DNA of 40,759 bases. Origin: a virus. Its lineage: Duplodnaviria; Caudoviricetes. The translations under genes and the position numbers were made by a program. Under the pieces are notes generated by a model. That model was given only the letters and a program-made list of their open reading frames with translations. It was not told the DNA's origin and did no database searches. This document shows, piece after piece, positions 8,150 to 16,087 of this stretch (position 1 is the stretch's first letter; every line of letters begins with the position of its first letter). The stretch spans positions 1 through 40,759 of IMG/VR virus record IMGVR_UViG_3300014050_000060, one strand, 5' to 3'.

Positions 8150-9196
8150 GTGGCAAAAAGATTAGTCCGTAAACTCACGGAAGTTGCTGATGAAGTCGAA
8201 CGACAACTCAAAGCACATTACAATGTAAAAGAAAAAGATCTCCAAGCCTGGCGAACAGCAGCCAGCCACAGCGCAGATTTTCCTGAATCGTCTCGTCGAA
8301 ACATAGAAGATCTTTGGATCGACTATGAAGTTCAACGCGATGTACTTCATGAACACATTAAAAATATTATGCGTAAGTGGGACGGAAGAATCTGTAGCCC
8401 AGTCAGTGCCTGTCAACTCATTGGCAGTAATCGTATTGAAACTTATGACGGTCAGCACAGAACCATTGCTGCTACTATTTTGGGATTTAAAGAAATTCCT
8501 TGTGCGGTAGTGGTAACCTCGGATAAGAATTTTGCCAGCTATGCGTTCGAAATGCTCAACGACACCGGTGTCAAAAGACTAACGCCCGGAGACCTACACC
8601 GAAACGCATTGGTCCGTTTTAAAAACGGTAGCCGTGAACTGCGTAATGTCCGAGCCCGTACCATGCAAGATCAATTTGATCAAGCCTTAATTGATCTACA
8701 AGACAAAGCTAGTCGTAACAGCGACAACCTGCGCGGCGACCATAATTACTTTTTTAGTCATTTCGCCTACGCCCAAAAGGCTATCGATCTGGATGAAAAA
8801 GGAAAAATTCTATACAATATTCTTATGGCTATCCGAGAAAATTTTCCTCTTCAAGAAGAAATTGATCAGGGTTGCTTTATAGGACTGTATGAACTACAAA
8901 GATTGATTTTGGAAAATCCAATCATTACCATGCCAGACGATTGGATGCACCAGTTAATAAGTAGCGTAGCAAAAACTTTTAAAAGCTCTCACTTGGTTCA
9001 TAGTAAGTCTAAAGTACAATGGCAATATGTTCGACCCGGGGCCACTTGGTCTGCCCCAACAGCAATGAGCAATTTTTTGCGAGAAATGCACATTAGAAAC
9101 AATGGCTCATTGAACTTGCCCTATCACGGTGAAGGTAGTAAAGTAGGTATCGAAGTCGGCAATTTGGCACCAGATCTCATTCCAATGGTAAAATAA
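8150..9196 (+). CDS. ParB/Srx-fold (DGQHR motif) protein
   Basis: LWIDYEVQRD and YDGQHRTIAA motifs followed by a helical C-terminal region. Confidence 0.75.
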   Translation: MAKRLVRKLTEVADEVERQLKAHYNVKEKDLQAWRTAASHSADFPESSRRNIEDLWIDYEVQRDVLHEHIKNIMRKWDGRICSPVSACQLIGSNRIETYDGQHRTIAATILGFKEIPCAVVVTSDKNFASYAFEMLNDTGVKRLTPGDLHRNALVRFKNGSRELRNVRARTMQDQFDQALIDLQDKASRNSDNLRGDHNYFFSHFAYAQKAIDLDEKGKILYNILMAIRENFPLQEEIDQGCFIGLYELQRLILENPIITMPDDWMHQLISSVAKTFKSSHLVHSKSKVQWQYVRPGATWSAPTAMSNFLREMHIRNNGSLNLPYHGEGSKVGIEVGNLAPDLIPMVK

Positions 9197-9197
9197 C

Positions 9198-9755
9198 ATG
9201 CAATCTGGTTACAAACAAATCCAAATAAAAGATATTGAACAACCTGTCTATGAAATCAATCTAAAGTATCTTAGCATTCCGTATGATATTTGCTTGATCA
9301 TGGAGCAGTTAGATATTAGATGTTACAATTACCAATTTAAGTATCGCAATGAAACTATAAAATATGGTCTTAGTCGTGATGTTAAATCTATTAATTATGG
9401 CGAAAGGATCTATAGGCAAAGTGGACATCTGGTAGGGTGGCCTACTAGACTGATGCCCGACACCAGTGGCAATGAAATGCGAGATTTAGATCAATGCTAC
9501 CATAATTTATTTGGGGAGTATATGAACAGAAATCATATGAAAATTCGTGTGATTGATATGACCAATGTTGTCAGCGATAACATCAATGATCCTGTTTGGC
9601 CTCTTAAAAAATTAGAAAGGGAATTGATAAAGCGTTATCAAGAAAAGTACAATAGACTACCCATTGGCAATATTCGTGACGAAAGTCACATAGATTATAG
9701 AGGCTATGTCGGTAAACAAACCTTCGACAATCTCTTCGAAGAATACTATGCTTAA
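9198..9755 (+). CDS. GIY-YIG-like endonuclease
   Basis: YNYQF...IKYGLS...GERIYRQ...LERELIKRY...LPIGN follows the GIY-YIG motif order (Y, YxG, R, E, PxxN). Confidence 0.55.
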   Translation: MQSGYKQIQIKDIEQPVYEINLKYLSIPYDICLIMEQLDIRCYNYQFKYRNETIKYGLSRDVKSINYGERIYRQSGHLVGWPTRLMPDTSGNEMRDLDQCYHNLFGEYMNRNHMKIRVIDMTNVVSDNINDPVWPLKKLERELIKRYQEKYNRLPIGNIRDESHIDYRGYVGKQTFDNLFEEYYA

Positions 9756-10305
9756 AGAAAATTTGGACAAGTTTATTGCACCTGTCTACAGTAAAACACA
9801 GAGAAGTCGTCAAACCTATATTACAGTAACAGAATATTCCACTAAAAATCTAATTAGACTAGTGAACGATTATTCTGACGCTCAAAATGATCAACAATTA
9901 AGGCGTGAAATACGCAACGATATTGATTATTATCTTAGGCGCTATCATGAATATTGTATTGAACAGAGAGACGGAATTCGTGCTCATTATCACGAAGTTG
10001 ATGCAGATCAAGAAACCGATTTTGAGCACTTAATTCCAGCCTCTAGGATTAGAGATTTATTATTGGCCACTGCAATTTCTGTTCAGCAGGCACTAAACGC
10101 TCCTACGGTTTTGTTAAGCAGATCTAGACATCATTTATTAAAAGAAAAAGGGTGGGGCAGTCGTACGCCTAATATGTGGTTACCGTTTCAGAGATACTCA
10201 AATGTGTTTAAAGCTGAGTATATGACATACAATGGTCTAGAAATTGATCCAGACACATGGACCTTAGAAGATCATTACAAATACTTTGAACATTTGGTAA
10301 TCTAG
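9748..10305 (+). CDS. Protein with DFEHLIP motif (HNH/DUF1524-like)
   Basis: ATG 9748 overlaps the end of the previous ORF; contains DFEHLIPAS...NAPTVLLSRSRHHLL. Confidence 0.5.
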   Translation: MLKENLDKFIAPVYSKTQRSRQTYITVTEYSTKNLIRLVNDYSDAQNDQQLRREIRNDIDYYLRRYHEYCIEQRDGIRAHYHEVDADQETDFEHLIPASRIRDLLLATAISVQQALNAPTVLLSRSRHHLLKEKGWGSRTPNMWLPFQRYSNVFKAEYMTYNGLEIDPDTWTLEDHYKYFEHLVI

Positions 10306-10436
10306 TGACTCGTCGACAAACTTTCCCCAGCTGGTGCTGCCAACAATGCGGAGCCTATATAGGTTGGCTTGGTAGATTTTTACGCTATTGTTACCCAAGT
10401 GGCACCGCTGCCGTGACCATGGCCCACCTAATTTAG
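10305..10436 (+). CDS. Small CxxC-containing ORF (possibly frameshifted)
   Basis: GTG overlaps the previous stop: MTRRQTFPSWCCQQCGAYIGWLGRFLR. Confidence 0.4.
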   Translation: MTRRQTFPSWCCQQCGAYIGWLGRFLRYCYPSGTAAVTMAHLI

Positions 10437-10445
10437 GAATTTGAA

Positions 10446-10658
10446 ATGCCTTACACCACAGTAGAAGTAGAAGTTAATTTAGACGATTTCGAAACTGAAG
10501 ATTTAATCGAAGAACTTGAACGCAGGTCAGGTATGACTGAATTACCCGGTGAGGTAAGAGAAATCTTATCCCGAATTCACCAGGCAAGATTGACAGGACA
10601 ACCTTGGGAAGACGACCTAGATCGCTTCCTCAAGGATGTGTTAGGTCGTGCTATTTAA
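10446..10658 (+). CDS. Small acidic hypothetical protein
   Basis: 70 aa with an AGGA SD; contains VEVNLDDFETEDLIEELERR. Confidence 0.8.
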   Translation: MPYTTVEVEVNLDDFETEDLIEELERRSGMTELPGEVREILSRIHQARLTGQPWEDDLDRFLKDVLGRAI

Positions 10659-11404
10659 TCGTCGCCATAGAGCTTGAGCACCTCTGCGACAACTGGGTGT
10701 CTCTGTACATCTCGTCGACCAAAGTCAACACTGGCGATTCTAGCACTGTCAGAGGCCGCAAGGCGTGCTAGAAAATCTTTTAATCCATTGTTATCGTAAA
10801 ATTTACGATCAAGTTGATTTAAGTCACCGGTCACGACTAATTTTGACCCTTCGCCGAGGCGTGTAAGAACCATCTTCATCTGGTTAGTTGTAGCATTTTG
10901 GGCTTCATCAAAGATGATCCAGCTACGTTTAAAATTGCGTCCTCTCATGTATGCCAGTGGGGATATTTCTATAATTTGTTCGTCTAGCATACTTGCGATT
11001 TCACGGGCCGAATAGTATTCTTGAACTACATCCATTATAGGTCTGGTCCAGGGTTCCATTTTACTATTAAGATCGCCGGGTAAAAACCCATGTTCTTCGT
11101 CGTCGACACCCACTGCTGGTCTTGTTATGATAAGTTTGTCTACTTTCCTTTCTTTATATGCTTTAATAGCAGCCATAACTGCTAACATGGTTTTGCCTGT
11201 GCCCGCAGGGCCAGTTGCAATAACAATTAATTTAGATTCATCTATTAATAGATCTATGTATTCTTCCTGTTTAAGAGTTTTGGGTATTAGATTTACTGCT
11301 CGGTTGCGTTGCTGGACATAGCTGTTCATTCCGATTACATTATTTTTATTCGTATCGAAATCTCGAACAGCACGGTTGGATTGTGCTCTTCGTTTACCTG
11401 CCAA
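10655..11404 (-). CDS. phoH: PhoH-like ATPase
   Basis: GPAGTGKT, ITRPAV, GFLPGDL, PLAYMRGR, DEAQN, TRLGEGSK, VTGD..QLD, RHP. TTG start with AGGAG SD; minus-strand TAAATA at 11470-11475. Confidence 0.95.
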   Translation of the reverse strand: MAGKRRAQSNRAVRDFDTNKNNVIGMNSYVQQRNRAVNLIPKTLKQEEYIDLLIDESKLIVIATGPAGTGKTMLAVMAAIKAYKERKVDKLIITRPAVGVDDEEHGFLPGDLNSKMEPWTRPIMDVVQEYYSAREIASMLDEQIIEISPLAYMRGRNFKRSWIIFDEAQNATTNQMKMVLTRLGEGSKLVVTGDLNQLDRKFYDNNGLKDFLARLAASDSARIASVDFGRRDVQRHPVVAEVLKLYGDD

Positions 11405-11570
11405 GTGAAATTCTCCTAAAGTGTTAATTGTTTTTCCTTGAACTTTGCGCGAGGAATTACACGCATAGGTATTTAAACTTCGAATTGGCTTTGTTTAACT
11501 AGCAGATAACATTTTTATTCGAGGAATAAGTATTTTACTGTGTTGTTAAGAATTGAGTATCAAAATTTAA

Positions 11571-11586
11571 TAAATATAACTAAATA
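11571..11586 (+). promoter_or_regulatory. Tandem TAAATA late-promoter motifs
   Basis: TAAATA at 11571-11576 and 11581-11586, in an AT-rich divergent intergenic region upstream of ORF 11605. Confidence 0.6.
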
Positions 11587-11604
11587 CAATAAACATGAGT
11601 ACAC

Positions 11605-12147
11605 ATGGTTGCTAAAACACAAGACATATTAGATAATACCAAGAACATCTTTATGACAGACAGTGTCTTAGAGAGTCTCATGGATTTTGAGCGTGTATTG
11701 GACGAATTAGATACCTATGTGTTTAAAAATTGGTCAAAAGGAGAACTAGTCGAAGGACCAATTTATGAAAAATATTTTATAATCTGTACATTTATGTGGC
11801 CTTATAAATTGATGCCCGATCCTAGAGCAGGCGAACGTTTGCTTGAATATGATTGTCAAGTTCGTTATAAAAAAACAATGTTTGAATATCCAGTGAAAGT
11901 AAAAGATTCAGATGATTTCAGAAGTGGCACACACATGCCACGTATGAGCAAAAAGCCAGTATGGCTAGTGGAAATCACTATGCCCAAACAGCTAATGAAA
12001 GACATACATCAAGGCAGTCTAGAACTTGAATCCGATACAATTGATTTAGAAGACATTGATAATGCCTATGAAGTTGGTCTCGAAGACGATACATACAAGA
12101 ATAAAGAAGAACAAAAAAATGATCAGGGACAGTCAACTGGAATATAA
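11605..12147 (+). CDS. Hypothetical phage protein
   Basis: 180-aa ORF following the late-promoter motifs. Confidence 0.8.
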   Translation: MVAKTQDILDNTKNIFMTDSVLESLMDFERVLDELDTYVFKNWSKGELVEGPIYEKYFIICTFMWPYKLMPDPRAGERLLEYDCQVRYKKTMFEYPVKVKDSDDFRSGTHMPRMSKKPVWLVEITMPKQLMKDIHQGSLELESDTIDLEDIDNAYEVGLEDDTYKNKEEQKNDQGQSTGI

Positions 12148-12694
12148 TCAACTCAGGGAAGGATTAGAATCCGGGGACTTGAGTAAACTCATTGATCCAA
12201 TTGTGACTATTGATGAGTACAAAAGTAAAATCGGCACAGACGACGAAATTGTTGTGTTAAAATTCACTGTAAAAGGTAGAAATCCTGCTTTGGATTTAGT
12301 CAGCTTCATTGAAAAAAGTTATGATTGGGTGTTAGACGCTGATGCTAGCTCAGGCGAACTCAATGATGGTACTTATGCTGTATTTGTCGAAGTTGACAGA
12401 GACCCTGGGATGATCGAAAAATTTGTACAGATGTTTAAAGATATTGGATACCTGACTAATGAAAATATACAAACATGGCAATTAGAGTACAGCAAACCAT
12501 ATCGTAGGTCAAAAGTTGATGTAGAAGAATTAAAAAATCTAATTCCATTGACACCAGAAAATTATCGTCAATTAAAAAATAAAGAAAACGAAAATTTAGA
12601 TAAATTAAAAACTGCTGCCGGTGTAGATGTTAGTACCAGAGCACCAAAAAATGAGTTTACTGAAAGTTTACAGATAGCCGCCGGTATTCGTTAA
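12119..12694 (+). CDS. Hypothetical phage protein
   Basis: Likely start is ATG 12119; overlaps the end of the previous ORF. Confidence 0.75.
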   Translation: MIRDSQLEYNQLREGLESGDLSKLIDPIVTIDEYKSKIGTDDEIVVLKFTVKGRNPALDLVSFIEKSYDWVLDADASSGELNDGTYAVFVEVDRDPGMIEKFVQMFKDIGYLTNENIQTWQLEYSKPYRRSKVDVEELKNLIPLTPENYRQLKNKENENLDKLKTAAGVDVSTRAPKNEFTESLQIAAGIR

Positions 12695-12715
12695 ACTCGA
12701 TAAAGGAGTTCAATT

Positions 12716-13255
12716 ATGTGGCAACTACTATGGATGTTTGAACTTGTACCTGATTTAGTCTGGCACACACTGCTGCTGGCCAGTGCCGGTGCGCTGTTCT
12801 TAACAACCTTTTTCCCCTTTGTGCCCTATAGACTGCCACTGGGAGTTCTGAGTGCTTTTGTATTGGTTATCAGCATCTGGGTCGAAGGTGGTATAGCCAA
12901 GCAGGCCGAATGGCAGTCCGAAATTGACAAAATGAAAGTGGCCTTGGCCGAAGCCGAAAAGAAGGCCATTGAGAAAAACACTGAGATACAGGAGAAGATT
13001 GTGTATCGAGACCGTGTGATTAAAGAACGCGGTGCAGCACAAATACAATATATTGACAAAATTGTCAAAGGCGAAACTATTACCGAAACAGTGGTCAAGG
13101 ACATGACCCCCGAACAACGTGCCGAGTACGAGAAAAAGGTAGCAGAACTACAGACAGCTATTAAAAATTGTCCGGTACCCAAGATTGTCATAGAAGAACA
13201 CAACAAGGCCGCAGCTAAAATACTCAATGATGCAGCGTCAGGAGCAAAGAAATGA
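12716..13255 (+). CDS. Putative inner-membrane spanin (Rz-like)
   Basis: N-terminal TM helices, then a coiled coil and a C-terminal Cys (CPVP). Overlaps a lipoprotein ORF; AAGGAG SD. Confidence 0.65.
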   Translation: MWQLLWMFELVPDLVWHTLLLASAGALFLTTFFPFVPYRLPLGVLSAFVLVISIWVEGGIAKQAEWQSEIDKMKVALAEAEKKAIEKNTEIQEKIVYRDRVIKERGAAQIQYIDKIVKGETITETVVKDMTPEQRAEYEKKVAELQTAIKNCPVPKIVIEEHNKAAAKILNDAASGAKK

Positions 13256-13542
13256 GACTAGCAATTGTTCTCCTTACCACACTGATTCTCGGCGGCTGCA
13301 GTTTTATGAGGCCTGTGTTGATCATGCCCGAATTTCCCAAACCGGTCAAAGAACTAACTGAAAAGTGTCGAGAACTACAGATGATCGAAGGTGACACAGT
13401 GGCCATAACCGACATGCTCAAGACTGTGGTCAACAATTATACTCTGTACTATCAATGCAGTCTAAAGGTCGATGGTTGGAATGATTGGTACCTAGAGCAA
13501 AAGAGTATCTATGACGAAGTTAAAACTAAGGGGAAAAAATGA
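13252..13542 (+). CDS. Putative outer-membrane lipoprotein spanin (Rz1-like)
   Basis: Signal peptide with lipobox LGGC, a Pro-rich segment and further Cys residues. Confidence 0.7.
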   Translation: MRLAIVLLTTLILGGCSFMRPVLIMPEFPKPVKELTEKCRELQMIEGDTVAITDMLKTVVNNYTLYYQCSLKVDGWNDWYLEQKSIYDEVKTKGKK

Positions 13543-14162
13543 GTGACTTTATTCTAAGCCGAGATAAATTGGCTGAGCTAATCAAAGGTAATCCCTATGT
13601 GGACTACTGGCATTCGGCCTTGGAACGCTGCTTGCCAGACTATGACATCAACACACCGCAGCGTGTGGCAGCGTTTATGGCACAGTGCGGACACGAATCC
13701 GGTAATTTCAAATTCTTAAAAGAAAATCTCAAATATCGTGCAGCCAGTTTGGTCAAAGTTTGGCCTCGATACTTTCCCAGCATGGACATTGCCAACCAAT
13801 ATGCTGGCAATGAAGAACGTATTGCCAATCGTGCTTATGCCAATCGTATGGGCAATGGTCCCGAAGAATCAGGCGATGGCTGGAGATTCTGTGGACGCGG
13901 CTTGATCCAATTGACCGGACGAACCAACTATCAAAACTTTGCCGACAGCATAGAAACCGATATCAACGACATACCGGCTTATCTGGCCACATTCGAAGGT
14001 GCTGTACAGTCGGCCTGCTGGTTTTGGGAAACTAACAATTTAAATAAATGGGCCGATGCCGGGGACATGCTGAACCTGACCAAGCGTATCAACGGAGGTA
14101 CACTGGGACTGGACGATCGCATCAAACATTATCAACATGCCCTGCATGTCTTAGGACTTTAG
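13539..14162 (+). CDS. Glycoside hydrolase family 19 endolysin
   Basis: AAFMAQCGHESG, ENL.Y, GRGLIQLTGRTNY, SACWFW, TKRINGG..GLDDR. Confidence 0.92.
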   Translation: MSDFILSRDKLAELIKGNPYVDYWHSALERCLPDYDINTPQRVAAFMAQCGHESGNFKFLKENLKYRAASLVKVWPRYFPSMDIANQYAGNEERIANRAYANRMGNGPEESGDGWRFCGRGLIQLTGRTNYQNFADSIETDINDIPAYLATFEGAVQSACWFWETNNLNKWADAGDMLNLTKRINGGTLGLDDRIKHYQHALHVLGL

Positions 14163-14171
14163 GAGTCTAGC

Positions 14172-14774
14172 ATGGGCATATTTTCTAAGCTGAAAGGACG
14201 GAGTAAAGTGGCCGAAGAACAAATTAAGAAACCAGAACCAGCTGTGGAAGAAAAATCTGCAGCTGATAAACCGCAAGAAGATTGGATGCAGAAAAAATGG
14301 CGTCCAGCAATGGGCTGGATGTACATGATGGTCTGTGTGTTCGACTTTATTGTATTCCCAATCATGTACACTGTTGTGCAGTTTTGGGAAACCGAAGCTG
14401 CCAACGATGCATTTCGTCAATGGCAACCACTCACACTGGCCGGCGCAGGCCTGTTCCACATGGCCATGGGCGCAGTGTTGGGTCTGAGTGCCTGGGGTCG
14501 TACACAGGAAAAACTCAATGGTGCCAACAACGGTGGACTGGCTCCTGTGGGCCAGACTGTGACCACTACAAATGGATCGGCAGCACAGGGTCCAGTGACC
14601 GGGCCTAACAGTCTAGGCAGCGGATCATTGGGAAATTTCTCAAACGCCCCGGCGGGTAATTGGGGTGCCAGCGCCGGCGGCTACATGGCACAAGAAGGAA
14701 GTAGTTTTGGACAGGTGGTAACGGGATTCGGCGGCAAGCCGGCACCAGTGGAACCACCAAGAGAATGGAGATAA
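14172..14774 (+). CDS. Putative holin (GTA 3TM holin-like)
   Basis: WRPAMGWMYMMVCVFDF...GAVLGLSAWGRTQEK motif; adjacent to the endolysin. Confidence 0.7.
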   Translation: MGIFSKLKGRSKVAEEQIKKPEPAVEEKSAADKPQEDWMQKKWRPAMGWMYMMVCVFDFIVFPIMYTVVQFWETEAANDAFRQWQPLTLAGAGLFHMAMGAVLGLSAWGRTQEKLNGANNGGLAPVGQTVTTTNGSAAQGPVTGPNSLGSGSLGNFSNAPAGNWGASAGGYMAQEGSSFGQVVTGFGGKPAPVEPPREWR

Positions 14775-14783
14775 GGAGATCAT

Positions 14784-15164
14784 ATGACATTCATTAAAAA
14801 CACACTAGCAGTTGTGATCACAACACTGTTGGCCACTAACCTGGGTGCCTGCTCAAAAGAAGCCAAGGCCGGAGAAGCTGCCAAACCAGCCAAGGCCGCC
14901 ACTGCGGCCACTGCGGCACCTGCAGCCGACGGTGCCAAAGTCGGTGACGCCGGCAAAGCATTGGAAATCCAATCGCCAGAAAAGAAAGACCAATCATTGG
15001 GCGGCGATCGTGCCGGCAAAGGCGAACTCAAAGAAGTCTGTCATGACAAGATCAAGGATGGCCGACCAGTTCTAGACAAAGGCGGTCGACCAGTACAAGA
15101 ATGCAAGATGATTCGAGTGCGCCAAAAACTAGAAGCCCACGAGATTCCTCCGGCGAAAAAATAA
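14784..15164 (+). CDS. Ala-rich putative lipoprotein
   Basis: Signal peptide with LGAC lipobox, an Ala/Pro/Lys linker and a C-terminal Cys pair. Confidence 0.7.
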   Translation: MTFIKNTLAVVITTLLATNLGACSKEAKAGEAAKPAKAATAATAAPAADGAKVGDAGKALEIQSPEKKDQSLGGDRAGKGELKEVCHDKIKDGRPVLDKGGRPVQECKMIRVRQKLEAHEIPPAKK

Positions 15165-15169
15165 AATCA

Positions 15170-15219
15170 TTGACATATCAAGAAAGGTATAGTATTATTT
15201 TAAAAATACTATACCTTTC
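15170..15219 (+). promoter_or_regulatory. Sigma70-like promoter overlapped by 15-bp perfect inverted repeat
   Basis: TTGACA(15170)-17 nt-TATTAT(15193); inverted repeat gaaaggtatagtatt(15182-15196)/aatactatacctttc(15205-15219). Confidence 0.7.
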
Positions 15220-15242
15220 CTTATTTTAAGATACACACTACT

Positions 15243-16073
15243 ATGAAAGATTATTATAAAATTTTAGGATTACAAGAAGGAGTGTCTGATGATGACATCA
15301 GACGCACTTACAAAAAATTGGCCATGGAGCATCATCCCGACCGCGGCGGCAATCTTAATCAGTTTCAAGAAATTCAAGAAGCCTATTCAGTATTGACCGA
15401 TCCGCAAAAAAAGGCCGAATGGCAGCATCAAAGACAATTTGGTCATGCACAAACTAATCAAGGCCCATTTGGATTTTCTTTTAATTTTAGTTCGGATATT
15501 AATGAAATTTTTCGACAATTTCACGGGCAGGATCCATTTGCACAGTTTCGACAACCAAGAAATTCAGATCTTAGAACCAGTTTGGAAATCGACTTGGCCA
15601 GTACCTTAAATCCTCAGAGTCATCACATTCATATTAAATCACGCAACGGACAATCGCGTATGGTAAAAATTGACATACCCCGCGGTGTGCAAAATGGCAT
15701 GCAGATGCGCTGTTCGGGACACGGAGATCATTCAGTGACCAATCAACCCCCTGGGGATTTATATGTGGACATAGCTGTAAGGCCTTCTGGTGGATTTACT
15801 GCTCAGGGTATCAATTTGCATAAAAAAATTAATTTAAATTGCATTGATGCAATCTTAGGTTCAAAAATCACGGTGAGAAGTTTAGACAATCGAGATTTTG
15901 ACATAGTAATTCCTCCTGCTACTCAACATGGTTCTAGTTTTAGACTAACAGGTCAAGGACTTTGGGATATTAACCAACCTCTTAGAGGAGACATGATTGT
16001 GGAAATTATGTTAGATGTTCCCAAAACAATTACACAAGAACAAATGGTTCTTCTTCAAAATCTGGGCGCATAG
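15243..16073 (+). CDS. dnaJ: DnaJ/CbpA-type (class II) co-chaperone
   Basis: DYYKILG...HHPDRGG J-domain, a G/F region and C-terminal PGDLYV/RGDM domains; no Zn finger. Confidence 0.9.
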   Translation: MKDYYKILGLQEGVSDDDIRRTYKKLAMEHHPDRGGNLNQFQEIQEAYSVLTDPQKKAEWQHQRQFGHAQTNQGPFGFSFNFSSDINEIFRQFHGQDPFAQFRQPRNSDLRTSLEIDLASTLNPQSHHIHIKSRNGQSRMVKIDIPRGVQNGMQMRCSGHGDHSVTNQPPGDLYVDIAVRPSGGFTAQGINLHKKINLNCIDAILGSKITVRSLDNRDFDIVIPPATQHGSSFRLTGQGLWDINQPLRGDMIVEIMLDVPKTITQEQMVLLQNLGA

Positions 16074-16087
16074 CCAAGGAATAATAA

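Noticed and set aside
7794-8156. Minus-strand 120-aa ORF
   Set aside because: It overlaps the plus ORF 7813-8058 and the promoter/SD of ORF 8150, and has no recognisable motifs.
11405-11604. AT-rich divergent intergenic region as replication origin
   Set aside because: No iterons or DnaA-box cluster seen; explained by divergent TAAATA promoters.
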